Of a DNA stretch of 64,000 nucleotides, positions 28,708 through 37,555 are shown one piece after another. Below the pieces are notes generated by a model. That model was not told the origin of the DNA, searched no databases, and was given only the letters and a program-made list of their open reading frames with translations. Both the position numbers and the translations under genes were made by a program. Position 1 is the stretch's first letter. The number at the start of each line of letters is the position of its first letter. Source of the stretch: Parcubacteria group bacterium Gr01-1014_8 (lineage in GTDB: Bacteria > Patescibacteriota > Minisyncoccia > Phycocordibacterales > UBA2100); the NCBI GenBank assembly GCA_007376385.1, contig VMGC01000005.1, positions 119,386 through 183,385 on the forward strand, written 5' to 3'.

Positions 28708-29319
28708 TTGGTAGCTCTGTTGCCCATAATTGACGCTCTTAAGTTAAATTTGATGCTTGAATTTCTTAGTAATTACTCCGGCGCTCTAACTGGAGTCGCT
28801 GCGCTGATAGGTGCCTGCGTTGCTATCTACGGTATCAGTGAGTGGAAGCGCCAATTTAAATGGCGGATTGAATATGAAACCGCTCGGCGATATATCAGGG
28901 CTCTTTATGACGTGCGTGAAGCGATAAATCGGGACGTCAGAAACCCAACTATTTCTCATGCAGAAATGAAAGCTGCCGAGGAGGCAGCACAGTTTAAAGG
29001 CCTAGATGTTACTAGAGCAGATACACAATGGATTATTTACAATCGCCGATGGGAAAAAGTCTCAGTTGCAAGAACGAATTTGAGGGAAGCGCTGCTCGAA
29101 ACGGAGGTACTCTGGGGAAACGAAATAAAAAATGCGCAATCTGCTTTAGACGCACTGATTGGGATTTTATATGGAAAAATATGGGCAATTTTTCACAATG
29201 TTCCGACGCCGGATGCTGACATATATTTGTATCATACGGACGGCAAAGATAGTTTTACTGCAGAAATAGACAATGTTATTGAGGGCGTCGCAAAACCACT
29301 CCGCTCCCACTTACGCTAG
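28708..29319 (+). CDS. hypothetical protein with an N-terminal TM segment
   Basis: 203-aa ORF. No motif recognised. Confidence 0.4.
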   Translation: MVALLPIIDALKLNLMLEFLSNYSGALTGVAALIGACVAIYGISEWKRQFKWRIEYETARRYIRALYDVREAINRDVRNPTISHAEMKAAEEAAQFKGLDVTRADTQWIIYNRRWEKVSVARTNLREALLETEVLWGNEIKNAQSALDALIGILYGKIWAIFHNVPTPDADIYLYHTDGKDSFTAEIDNVIEGVAKPLRSHLR

Positions 29320-29350
29320 CTTCACGATTGTTTAAGACTTTTGAAAATGC

Positions 29351-29420
29351 TAGGTTCTTGCGGTGATGTTGACCATCCATTCGATACCAAATTTTTCGGT
29401 GAGCATGCCGAACGTGTCAC
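29351..29420 (-). pseudogene. 3'-terminal remnant of a PhnB-like VOC gene (…GDTFGMLTEKFGIEWMVNITART*)
   Basis: Hand translation of the minus strand. Matches the C-terminus of the intact gene at 32210..32638 (…FGMFRDKYGIEWMVEF…). Confidence 0.45.
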
Positions 29421-29548
29421 CCCGCGGTAGTTGAGGATGGGAGCCTGACTTCACCAATCCCGTCACCGACGCACAATCGGCTCAAGCGCTAAAAGTACCT
29501 TTTCAAAAAGGCAAATCGGTATCCAAAATATAGATTTGTAATTTAGAC

Positions 29549-30334
29549 TTATTTTCGAGTCGCATACAGAACCGCTACTGTACCGAATACTAAAAATGGC
29601 CATAACAGCCACGTTGCAAGAGGAATCCCAAGAAAAAGCGAATCTAAGATTGTGCTAGTCTGCCATGTATAGGCCCACTGCTTTGCCGCGATGTTTGGAA
29701 GTTCTTGGATAAGCATGAAAACGTATGTCGCAGAGAGCGCCGCCACAAGTGTCGCGCGCCAATTCTGTAAAAAGTCTCGGACAAACGAACTGTGGGAACG
29801 TCGTTCTGAGATGATAGAAAGCATTGCGCAGACAACAAGCAGAAACGAATATGAACCGAGCACAATAGAAAATCTTGAATGAAGGTTAGCAAAGAAATAC
29901 AGCGTAAGAATTGTTGAGGCGATGCAAATGACTTTTGCGATGCGTACAGGATTTTGGCGCACTTCGGTCGCAGGAGTTTCCTTTGCGCCGAAAACTTTTC
30001 TCCCATACAAATATGACAGCACTATTATGAATCCGCCTGCAGGGTATGCCCATGCAAACAAAAGAATATATTCAACAAGCGAATCGTAATTATAGTGCCA
30101 TGCGTGCGCGAGACGCAGACCACTAAATTCAACCGCGAGCCCGCCCATAAGAAATACAACGTACAGAAGAATAATTTTCCCACGCGAGCGCAATTCTGCG
30201 GAGATCGTTGGAATGAGTAAAAGGAGAAGCCCCAACAGAAGAAATTCAAAGAAATGATTGTAATGAAAGGAATACGCAAGGCTGAGAGAGAGGAGTGTAA
30301 TGAACCCCCCTGCCGCGACAAGAACCTTGGTCAT
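29549..30334 (-). CDS. hypothetical polytopic membrane protein
   Basis: About 260 aa from MTKVLVAAGGF with about 8 TM segments. The ORF track extends to 30493 through the gene-remnant repeat. Confidence 0.45.
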   Translation of the reverse strand: MTKVLVAAGGFITLLSLSLAYSFHYNHFFEFLLLGLLLLLIPTISAELRSRGKIILLYVVFLMGGLAVEFSGLRLAHAWHYNYDSLVEYILLFAWAYPAGGFIIVLSYLYGRKVFGAKETPATEVRQNPVRIAKVICIASTILTLYFFANLHSRFSIVLGSYSFLLVVCAMLSIISERRSHSSFVRDFLQNWRATLVAALSATYVFMLIQELPNIAAKQWAYTWQTSTILDSLFLGIPLATWLLWPFLVFGTVAVLYATRK

Positions 30335-30404
30335 GAAGAAAAGTATATCACCCCTACCGCCACACGAACGGCTGGCGTTTTCCTGCGCGACGAGCTCTAA
30401 ATTA

Positions 30405-30470
30405 CGACTTTTTTGCGGTGATGTTGACCATCCGTTTCGTTCCGAATTTGTCGGTGAGCATGCCGAACGT
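30405..30470 (-). pseudogene. second 3'-terminal remnant of a PhnB-like VOC gene (…GDTFGMLTDKFGTKRMVNITAKKS*)
   Basis: About 85 percent nucleotide identity to the 29351 copy over about 70 bp. Confidence 0.45.
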
Positions 30471-30547
30471 GTCACCCGCCGCGACTTATCCAAAGGGACG
30501 ACAGGTGCGATGCCTGACGAGAGCTTGTGCTATAGTGTGGCCATCAT

Positions 30548-30763
30548 ATGTTGACAACGATATACAAGAAAGTTCGCTCCGGGTACGTTGCATGGGTTGA
30601 GGAAATCCCGGGTGTTAATACACAGGGGGCCACTAAAGCGGAGGCCAAGGCTAATCTTGCAGATGCGCTACGGGAGTTTGTGGCCGCTCGCCGAATGCTC
30701 ACGAAGCGGGAATCTGCTCGTGGCGAGTCGCTTGTGCGCGAAAGCATCCCTGCCTTCCGCTAA
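30548..30763 (+). CDS. hicB: HicB-family antitoxin
   Basis: YVAWVEEIPGVNTQGATKAEAKANLADALREF is the typical HicB/UPF0150 fold sequence. Confidence 0.75.
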   Translation: MLTTIYKKVRSGYVAWVEEIPGVNTQGATKAEAKANLADALREFVAARRMLTKRESARGESLVRESIPAFR

Positions 30764-30957
30764 TGAAGCGAACAGAACTTGAACGGTATTTGCGTGCGCA
30801 TTCGTGTTACCTGCTCCGAGAGGGCAGCAAACATTCGGTATTTCACAATACGAAGAATGGCTAGACCTCAACAGTTCCAAGGCATACTGAAATCTTTCCA
30901 ACACTTGCGCGGAAAATCTGCAACGACCTTGGAATTCCACCCATCAGGAAGAAATAG
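30763..30957 (+). pseudogene. hicA: HicA-family toxin gene inactivated by an in-frame TAG at codon 34
   Basis: MKRTELERYLRAHSCYLLREGSKHSVFHNTKNG-TAG-TSTVPRHTEIFPTLARKICNDLGIPP. The start overlaps the hicB stop (TAATG). Confidence 0.6.
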
Positions 30958-30970
30958 AAAAGTGTTCTTT

Positions 30971-31216
30971 TTACCGATGAATACAGCCGGCCCAGCAGCA
31001 GGGGCGGCGCATGCCGCTTTTCATCTTTGAAAGCGCCTTCTCGATACGGATATTTCTCGTTTCCGCTTTCTTACCGGAGATTACCCAGCAAATCCATTCA
31101 TTGCGCGCGAGCGGCGTAATATCCTCCCACAATGCCCGTACCTTAGGCGTCTGGCTTATGGCATTTCGTAAATCCTCAGGTAGTTTATGTACCGTACCGT
31201 TGGCGAGCTTGGTCAT
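30971..31216 (-). CDS. YdeI/OmpD-associated family protein
   Basis: KLPEDLRNAISQTPKVRALWEDITPLARNEWICWVISGKKAETRNIRIEKALSKM matches the family pattern. Confidence 0.6.
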   Translation of the reverse strand: MTKLANGTVHKLPEDLRNAISQTPKVRALWEDITPLARNEWICWVISGKKAETRNIRIEKALSKMKSGMRRPCCWAGCIHR

Positions 31217-31261
31217 GGGATCATTCTATCAAATCTCTTACGCTGGGCTCGCAAAGTATAG

Positions 31262-31591
31262 TTATCTTTTGTCGTGCATGGTCACGGCTCTTGGCAAATG
31301 TGGTTTTATTTTTTCGTATTCTCTGTGGCGAGAAATAAGGTCGAAGAACGATTTGCCTGCGTTAGCCAAAATTACGTCATTGTTATAGGGCAACCCGGAG
31401 CCCGACAATTGATGCGTAATTCTTCCCCATACGCCCTGTACCCAGAGTTTTATTTCTTCGGGATTATTGAAATGCTTGACCGCGAGATTGCTATTCTCAA
31501 TGTAATACTTATCGATCCAGTCTATCACGACACTCTCGATCACGTCTCGTGTCGTTGCGTTGAGCTGACGAAATCCTTTGTCTTCTTTCAT
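31262..31591 (-). CDS. hypothetical protein
   Basis: 109-aa ORF. Confidence 0.4.
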   Translation of the reverse strand: MKEDKGFRQLNATTRDVIESVVIDWIDKYYIENSNLAVKHFNNPEEIKLWVQGVWGRITHQLSGSGLPYNNDVILANAGKSFFDLISRHREYEKIKPHLPRAVTMHDKR

Positions 31592-31678
31592 ATAGAAATA
31601 GGAAAAAGGCGAGGAAAAAGAAAAAGATGTCCGACACTTTTTTCTCTTTTTCCAACGACCGCATTCATAGTGTTTTAT

Positions 31679-32059
31679 TTATGTGCCCGAATCGATCATA
31701 TTTTGAGTTCTGTTCTTATACCAACCGACTGCGAGGGGGAGAATGAGCGTCAAAGCGTAGTAGAGATATACATCTAACTTGTAGTATCCATCTGCCGGCT
31801 TGAATATCATCACGAGAAATATGTAGTCGAGAACTATCGCAATAAGTGTCCATGCGACCGCGAGGAGAGCATAGTGTTCAAATGATGCGCTTATTTTCTT
31901 GAACAGCACCCAAAGCGTGATCAGTACACCGATCGGCGTAAGGATCCACCCGATCATGGAGGGCGATACTACAAAGAAGAGTACGATGCCAAGCACATAG
32001 CCGATGAACCAAAGCGCAAAACCCCACAAAATCGCATTTTTGTAGAACGCCTTATTCAC
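31679..32059 (-). CDS. hypothetical 4-TM membrane protein, paralog B (of 24570..24947)
   Basis: See paralog A. Confidence 0.5.
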   Translation of the reverse strand: MNKAFYKNAILWGFALWFIGYVLGIVLFFVVSPSMIGWILTPIGVLITLWVLFKKISASFEHYALLAVAWTLIAIVLDYIFLVMIFKPADGYYKLDVYLYYALTLILPLAVGWYKNRTQNMIDSGT

Positions 32060-32209
32060 GCTCTGATTGTATCAGAAGTTCGAACGTCAACTGCCATCCA
32101 AAAAAGAATGGTTTTGTTAAGAGACAAAATCACGTGCTCCTCTGTGTCTCCAATCTTCGAACCTTCTTTACTGCCAATAGAGTGTTTGTACCTCTATAAG
32201 CCTATTAAG

Positions 32210-32638
32210 TTATTTAGCGGCTGGAAACTCAACCATCCACTCGATACCATATTTGTCTCGAAACATGCCGAAATAGGAACCCCAAGGGCTATTAGCCATA
32301 GGCATCTCTACAGTGCCACCTGCCGAAAGCCCGTTGAATATTAGTTCTGCTTCTTCCTTACTCTCTGTACTGACCAAAATTTTACTTCGATTTTCGTTTT
32401 CATTCACTTTACCCATAAACGCAGGTACGTCATTGGCCATCAACACGTTACTTTTACCGATGGGTAAAGTGATGAGCATAATTTTCTCTGCCTCGGTGTC
32501 TGACACTGGAAATTCTGGACTCGCTAGATCTTTGAAACGAGTAATCTTTGTAAAATCACCCCCAAATATTGATTTATAAAATGTAAACGCTTCTTCAGCA
32601 TTGCCGTTGAAGTTAATCCAAGGATTTATCGTTGTCAC
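32210..32638 (-). CDS. VOC family protein, PhnB-like
   Basis: 142 aa. Carries FYKSIFGG, …VLMANDV… and the C-terminal …DKYGIEWMVEF. Confidence 0.7.
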   Translation of the reverse strand: MTTINPWINFNGNAEEAFTFYKSIFGGDFTKITRFKDLASPEFPVSDTEAEKIMLITLPIGKSNVLMANDVPAFMGKVNENENRSKILVSTESKEEAELIFNGLSAGGTVEMPMANSPWGSYFGMFRDKYGIEWMVEFPAAK

Positions 32639-32672
32639 ATGATGAGTATATCAGAAGGGTCGAACTAATTTG

Positions 32673-32744
32673 CTCCCCGGGTAGGACTCGAACCTACAAC
32701 CAACTCCTTAACAGGGAGCTGCGCTACCATTGCGCTACCGGGGA
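32673..32744 (-). tRNA. tRNA-Asn (anticodon GTT)
   Basis: Hand-folded cloverleaf: acceptor TCCCCGG/CCGGGGA, D-stem GCGC, anticodon loop CTGTTAA, T-loop TTCGAGT. Confidence 0.85.
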
Positions 32745-32806
32745 ATGTCCGGCCCAGTATAGACGAATGTGTTAGAATTTCCAGCATAGTCAGTAACCGC
32801 ATTTTT

Positions 32807-33133
32807 ATGATTGGAAAAGGCAGCGGATTTGGGATGAGGAATATACGACCACAATCGCAGGTTGAACGCGAACCGAGAGCATTGGTGGCCGATGAGTTAA
32901 CGGCAGAGGGCGGCCTCTATCATACGAACGGTAAGATAAAGGAACTAGTTAATCGATGGGTAGAGATGCGGGATATGCGAGGTCAAGGAGCGGAACATGA
33001 AGACTCAAAGCAACGTGATCTTGTTTTCGCACAGATCAGTCAAGAGCTGGACGGCTTGTCCGCCAAGACTTCAATCTTTCGGCTGTTGAAGTTGTCGATA
33101 AGTCGAGAAGAATTGAACAAAGTACAGATATAA
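32807..33133 (+). CDS. hypothetical protein
   Basis: 108-aa ORF followed by a terminator hairpin. Confidence 0.35.
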   Translation: MIGKGSGFGMRNIRPQSQVEREPRALVADELTAEGGLYHTNGKIKELVNRWVEMRDMRGQGAEHEDSKQRDLVFAQISQELDGLSAKTSIFRLLKLSISREELNKVQI

Positions 33134-33138
33134 CACAA

Positions 33139-33165
33139 AACCACCTCGCGAGAGGTGGTTTTGAT
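33139..33165. terminator. rho-independent terminator
   Basis: AAAACCACCTCGCGAGAGGTGGTTTTGATT. Confidence 0.6.
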
Positions 33166-33439
33166 TCAGTCTGCAGCGTTAGGCAAGAATTCCGATGGGG
33201 AAATGGGCGCCGGCCATCACGAGAATCGTGATGAAGCTCCAGAGCGACACTTTTTTCTTGCCGGTACTCCGGCTTAGAAAAATGGAAGTACTCTTGTGGT
33301 GCTTCGACATCATAAATGTTTTTGTTTGCGATCGTTAAATTAAGGTAGCAGACCAAGGTCTAACTTTCACAGAGGGTGAAAAACTCCTGGAGTACAGCCC
33401 TAACGCAGGCATGGTACCACATAAGCAGTAACTAGTCAA

Positions 33440-33466
33440 GGTACCAAAAAGCCGCCTTCAAGGCGG
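33440..33466. terminator. bidirectional rho-independent terminator
   Basis: AAAAAGCCGCCTTCAAGGCGGCTTTTT, downstream of the minus-strand giant gene. Confidence 0.65.
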
Positions 33467-33490
33467 CTTTTTGACCCGTACGAAGGCGAA

Positions 33491-35593
33491 TTAAGGAAGC
33501 TCTGGCATCGGGATTTCTGTTCCCGGACACATAAGCATATTTATCATACGCTGTGTTGTCTTATAGACGTAGCCGGTCGGCATGTTTTGCTTGAGGCCGA
33601 ACGGTATCCATGGAGCAAGAATTTCATCCGCATACTTTAATTGGAATGCTTTGACAGCACCCCTGGTAGCCGCGTCAAATTCTCCGTTCACTTCAAGAGC
33701 AAGCCCCATTTCCTTGTTTAGGAATTCCTGAAGAATCTTAACGTCATCAGCTGTTTCTTTTCCTTTACCAATGTAAGACGTGAGGAGAATGGCCGAGCAC
33801 GATGCGCTCGCGACTTCGCCTGCCACCTCTTCAACAACCGCTTCGCCGATGTCAGACGTAGCAGGTTCTGCCGGCGTTTCAGGTGCGGACGGAGGACACG
33901 GAACGCCCCAGCAGAATATGACCCCCTCATAAGGAGACGGATCTGTCGTGCCACCGTTGTCCGGTGTAGAAGTGCCCTGCGGCGTTTCTACAGTTTCTGC
34001 GCACGGAAGTTCCGTCTGTATTCCGTCTTCTGGGCAGAGATCGGTCTCTTCTTCCGATACTTCACTGCAATCCTCTTCGCTCAACTGAATGCCATCAGTA
34101 TCAGGGCAGACATCATCGCTTGAGCAGGGACCGATCAACTGGAAGTCAGGATCTTCAGGGCATGCATCCGGAAGGGGAATTTCTATGCACACCGGAGGAA
34201 TGCCGATATATCCGGGCGGGCACGACTCGGGAGTTACTTCGTCGCAATCGTTGGTTTCAGAATTGTATACCTGACCTTCCGAGCATGTCGGAATTTCCTC
34301 GCAGGTGCTTCCGTTCCAGGATCCGGCGGGATCGAGTGCGAGGCACTCTTCTTCTGTATCAACAGGGTTTGGCGGGAACGGAGTGTCATCACATACATCA
34401 CCAATACCGTCGCCATCGCTGTCGAGTTGGTCTGCATTTGCGTCAACAGGACAATTGTCTTCCTCGTTTACGACTTCGTCGCCGTCTACATCATCGTCGC
34501 AGACATCTCCTATGCCGTCGCCGTCGCTATCAGCCTGATCGGCGTTCGCGGTAACAGGACAGTTATCCTCTTCATCAGTAATGCCGTCGCCATCCGCGTC
34601 AGTATCCGGTGCGGGAATTTCCACTTCAAATGAGAATACTGCGTCGCCGGACGATTCAGCGCCCGGAGGATTCTGGTGGTACAGCTTCACCGTCACCGTG
34701 TATGTGTCCGGTGTCGAGTAGGCGTGAGAGTTGGTCCAAGGGCCGGAGAATGTTTTGTTGCCGCTCGTCGAACCGTCCGGATCGACAAAATTGAGCGTCG
34801 AGAAATCGTCAACATTTCCGTCGCCCCAATTTACCTGCACATCGTGCTGGCTGAACTGGCCTACGTAGGGGTCGGCCGAACCGGTACCCGTAAGAGTCAA
34901 CATGAGGAGCTCAATGTCTACAGGCTGGTCGACGGTGACTTGGTAGCCTCCTGTGTCCCCGACAACGTCACCCGTTATGGCAACGCCGTCGATGCGGAAA
35001 TTCTCTGCGCTATGGTTTGCACTGTTTCGGAAGCGGATAAGGAAATCGCTATCAGATGATGCGGGCACAGCGACACTTTGCTGTGAGCTCCAGCTCGCAG
35101 AGTTTGCGTCCGTATCATCGAGCTCGTGGGTCGCGAGCGTGTTCCAATCGGTGTCGCCGTCGCCACACTCATTTTCGTTGCCACTTTCGCTGTATTCTAC
35201 AACGCCTTTTTCGCCGTCTTCGGCATCGATATCGCCTCTCCAGTAATAGTTGATGTTGAAGTTTGTGAAGCCGTTAACTCCAGCGTCGCCATCTATTTCG
35301 CGGCAAATCCACTCGCCGTTTGCTATCTTTGCAAAACGTGCGCCGTTTGGGCTCGCCACGTCTTCACCTGAAACCTGCGCGGCGCGTGCGAGCGTTGTGG
35401 AATCGTTATCGTTTCCTTCCTCATCCCAGTTGGAAATGTTGCTAGAATCTGTCACCCCAGTACCGAATGACTCCACGGAAAGAACCGTAGCGGCCATGAC
35501 GCCCGTGGGGTAGAAGACCCCTGTGGTGACGAGAATAGTAATAAAGCTCAATACCTTGACCGAAATTGACCCTCTGATGTCGTGCTTAAACAT
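33491..35593 (-). CDS. large secreted protein with thrombospondin type 3 (Ca-binding) repeats and a C-terminal peptidoglycan-binding domain
   Basis: A signal peptide. TSP3 repeats (DTDADGDGITDEEDNCPVTANADQADSDGDGIGDVCDD repeated twice). A Cys-rich acidic region. A C-terminal PG_binding_1-like segment (DVKILQEFLNKEMGL...ATRGAVKAFQ). Confidence 0.75.
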   Translation of the reverse strand: MFKHDIRGSISVKVLSFITILVTTGVFYPTGVMAATVLSVESFGTGVTDSSNISNWDEEGNDNDSTTLARAAQVSGEDVASPNGARFAKIANGEWICREIDGDAGVNGFTNFNINYYWRGDIDAEDGEKGVVEYSESGNENECGDGDTDWNTLATHELDDTDANSASWSSQQSVAVPASSDSDFLIRFRNSANHSAENFRIDGVAITGDVVGDTGGYQVTVDQPVDIELLMLTLTGTGSADPYVGQFSQHDVQVNWGDGNVDDFSTLNFVDPDGSTSGNKTFSGPWTNSHAYSTPDTYTVTVKLYHQNPPGAESSGDAVFSFEVEIPAPDTDADGDGITDEEDNCPVTANADQADSDGDGIGDVCDDDVDGDEVVNEEDNCPVDANADQLDSDGDGIGDVCDDTPFPPNPVDTEEECLALDPAGSWNGSTCEEIPTCSEGQVYNSETNDCDEVTPESCPPGYIGIPPVCIEIPLPDACPEDPDFQLIGPCSSDDVCPDTDGIQLSEEDCSEVSEEETDLCPEDGIQTELPCAETVETPQGTSTPDNGGTTDPSPYEGVIFCWGVPCPPSAPETPAEPATSDIGEAVVEEVAGEVASASCSAILLTSYIGKGKETADDVKILQEFLNKEMGLALEVNGEFDAATRGAVKAFQLKYADEILAPWIPFGLKQNMPTGYVYKTTQRMINMLMCPGTEIPMPELP

Positions 35594-35775
35594 ATAAAGG
35601 TGGCTAATTACTTGATTAATTTAGGTCTTCAAATCAAAAACGCTTCTTGCTATGGAGCAAGAAACGCTTAACCTAGCGAACTTCGGACGGCGCATCTGTA
35701 CCACAGGGACAAGGACTGCGCAAGGGTCGGCCGTTTTTCCGCACATGTGGGGCAATTGGCGGTTATACTGGTCGT

Positions 35776-36006
35776 ATGCGCGTAAAAGTGCGTGTTACCG
35801 CAAAAGCACGAAGAGAACTCTTCGAGCAGACCGGCGAATTCGCTTTTTCAGTGTCAGTGAAGGAACCGCGAGAGAGAAATGAAGCAAACACGCGAGTACA
35901 ACAGCTAATTGCAGAACATTTCAATCTTCCAGTGACGTCCATTCGATTTATCACCGGCATGCGTTCTAAAAATAAGGTTTTTGAGGTGGTCCGCCCCGTG
36001 AGATAG
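35776..36006 (+). CDS. DUF167 (YggU-like) protein
   Basis: MRVKVRVTAKARRE...VSVKEPRERNEANTRVQQLIAEHFNLPVTSIRFITGMRSKNKV. Confidence 0.55.
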   Translation: MRVKVRVTAKARRELFEQTGEFAFSVSVKEPRERNEANTRVQQLIAEHFNLPVTSIRFITGMRSKNKVFEVVRPVR

Positions 36007-36101
36007 CACGACGGCACTTCCTGCAAAAATAGGATAGTGTTTGAAGTCTGAATTTCGCAATTATTTCGAATGCATTATCTCATGGGGTACAATAGCTCCA
36101 T

Positions 36102-36467
36102 ATGGATACACGAATAAAGTCGGACTTTACGATGACGAGTGAGATAGCGAACTATCTCGACAGCAGGCTTAGTTCGCTGGAGAAGCAGATGGGCTCAGAT
36201 ACGAGTGGCGCGCGGTGTGAAGTAGAAATATCTCGCGCTGCAGGGAAGAAGCACAGCAGCGATTATATGTGGACTGCCGAAGTGAGAATAATCATTCTTG
36301 GTAAAAAAGCAGCGTACGCGAAGAATTCCGCAGCAAGCGTGAATGCGGCCATCGATGATGTTAAGGAAGAGATAGAGCGGCAGCTGCGAAAAAGCAAAGG
36401 AAAGAGCACGAAAGAGTCGAGGCGAAAAGGAAAAAGATTCAAGGACGCAATTCGGGGTGGCAAATAA
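36102..36467 (+). CDS. hpf: ribosome hibernation-promoting factor (RaiA/HPF family)
   Basis: IKSDFTMTSEIANYLDSRLSSLEK...EVRIIILGKKAAYAKNSAASVNAAIDDVKEEIERQLRKSK. Confidence 0.7.
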   Translation: MDTRIKSDFTMTSEIANYLDSRLSSLEKQMGSDTSGARCEVEISRAAGKKHSSDYMWTAEVRIIILGKKAAYAKNSAASVNAAIDDVKEEIERQLRKSKGKSTKESRRKGKRFKDAIRGGK

Positions 36468-36480
36468 TCCGTATACCGTA

Positions 36481-36514
36481 TACCTTAATGGTGCCGGTCG
36501 GCACCCTTAAGGTA
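36481..36514. repeat. palindromic hairpin repeat copy 2 (TACCTTAATGGTGCCGGTCGGCACCCTTAAGGTA)
   Basis: Same core as copy 1, with one stem mismatch. Confidence 0.6.
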
Positions 36515-36652
36515 CGCGCGTTCCATTGATGCTTTGATGCTATCGATAGGGAAAGAGTTTCTCATTTTAATTGGCAGCAATGCCTGAGAAGCTCCCCTTA
36601 CCGGAAATCGGCTCCGGTATGCGATTGACTATACATCCGTGTTAGAAAAGAA

Positions 36653-37555
36653 TTAGGCAGGTGTGTTGATATCAGGCCCTGAAGGAGCGATGATTGATGT
36701 ACCTGGCACAGCAAAATCGGCATATTTCATCTCCCTTTTGCCCTCGGGTTTAACCGTATCAATGACGATCTTCTTGTTTTCCATATGTGCATCCAATATT
36801 TTTACGCGCATCTTTTCCCCGTCCTTTTCAAAAAAAGTATACGTACCAGGCCAGCCGTCAAAGGCGCGGATTTTTAGCAGATTCGTATAGGGGTCGCCAT
36901 TCACGAGGTCAAGTAAGCCGTCTTCTTTTTTGAACAGCGTTGAAATCGTTGCAACGTCGTGGTTCTGCTCGTGAGATTCAACATCTCCGGAAACCCAGTG
37001 AGGCAGGATTTCGGCAAGTAATTTCCCGCCCTGATGAGAGAGAAGGGCGTCAAGGTCGCGCCCGCGCGACGGCCAATCGGGAATAGAAACGGGCCGGCTC
37101 GCGATGATGGGCCCATGGTCCATCTTAGAATCGACACGCATGATAGAGACGCCAGTTTTCTTTTCGTCGGTCAATATCGCGGAGCGTATCGGCGATGGGC
37201 CGCGAAGGCGCGGTAGCAGCGAGGGGTGCATGTTGATGACACCGCGCGCCGGTATGTCGAGCAGCGCTTTGGGAAGGAATTTTCCGTAGTCGACTACGAC
37301 GTATACATCTGCTTTTGTCTTCGCTAGTTCATAAAAAAAATCTTGGTCTAATTTCTCTGGCTGTACTGTTTTGATCCCGTGCGCAACAGCCCAAACTTTT
37401 GCCGGCGGGGGAGTCATAGTTCGACCCCGACCTGCAGGCCTATCAGGCACTGTTACCAAAAGGGATGGCATGAGGAGTGCTTTCTCGAGTTCTTCAAGCG
37501 CGCCCACTGCAATTTCGCCGGTTCCGAAGAAAACATACGGAATCATAGGCATCAT
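36653..37555 (-). CDS. fmt: methionyl-tRNA formyltransferase
   Basis: N-terminus MIPYVFFGTGEIAVGALEEL, the formyltransferase core (HPSLLPRLRGPSPI), and a C-terminal domain. Confidence 0.9.
   Translation of the reverse strand: MMPMIPYVFFGTGEIAVGALEELEKALLMPSLLVTVPDRPAGRGRTMTPPPAKVWAVAHGIKTVQPEKLDQDFFYELAKTKADVYVVVDYGKFLPKALLDIPARGVINMHPSLLPRLRGPSPIRSAILTDEKKTGVSIMRVDSKMDHGPIIASRPVSIPDWPSRGRDLDALLSHQGGKLLAEILPHWVSGDVESHEQNHDVATISTLFKKEDGLLDLVNGDPYTNLLKIRAFDGWPGTYTFFEKDGEKMRVKILDAHMENKKIVIDTVKPEGKREMKYADFAVPGTSIIAPSGPDINTPA

Noticed and set aside
33311-33440. Possible small RNA (SRP or 6S-like) in the 130-nt ORF-free interval before the terminator at 33440
   Set aside because: I could not fold it into any recognisable conserved RNA architecture by eye. 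It is left unannotated, and an Rfam scan would settle it.
34089-35513. Plus-strand ORFs inside the TSP3-repeat gene (34120..34554, 34305..34538, 34676..35059 and others)
   Set aside because: Antisense to the 700-aa secreted protein. The Arg/Ser/His-rich translations are typical of reverse-strand reading of an acidic repeat gene.
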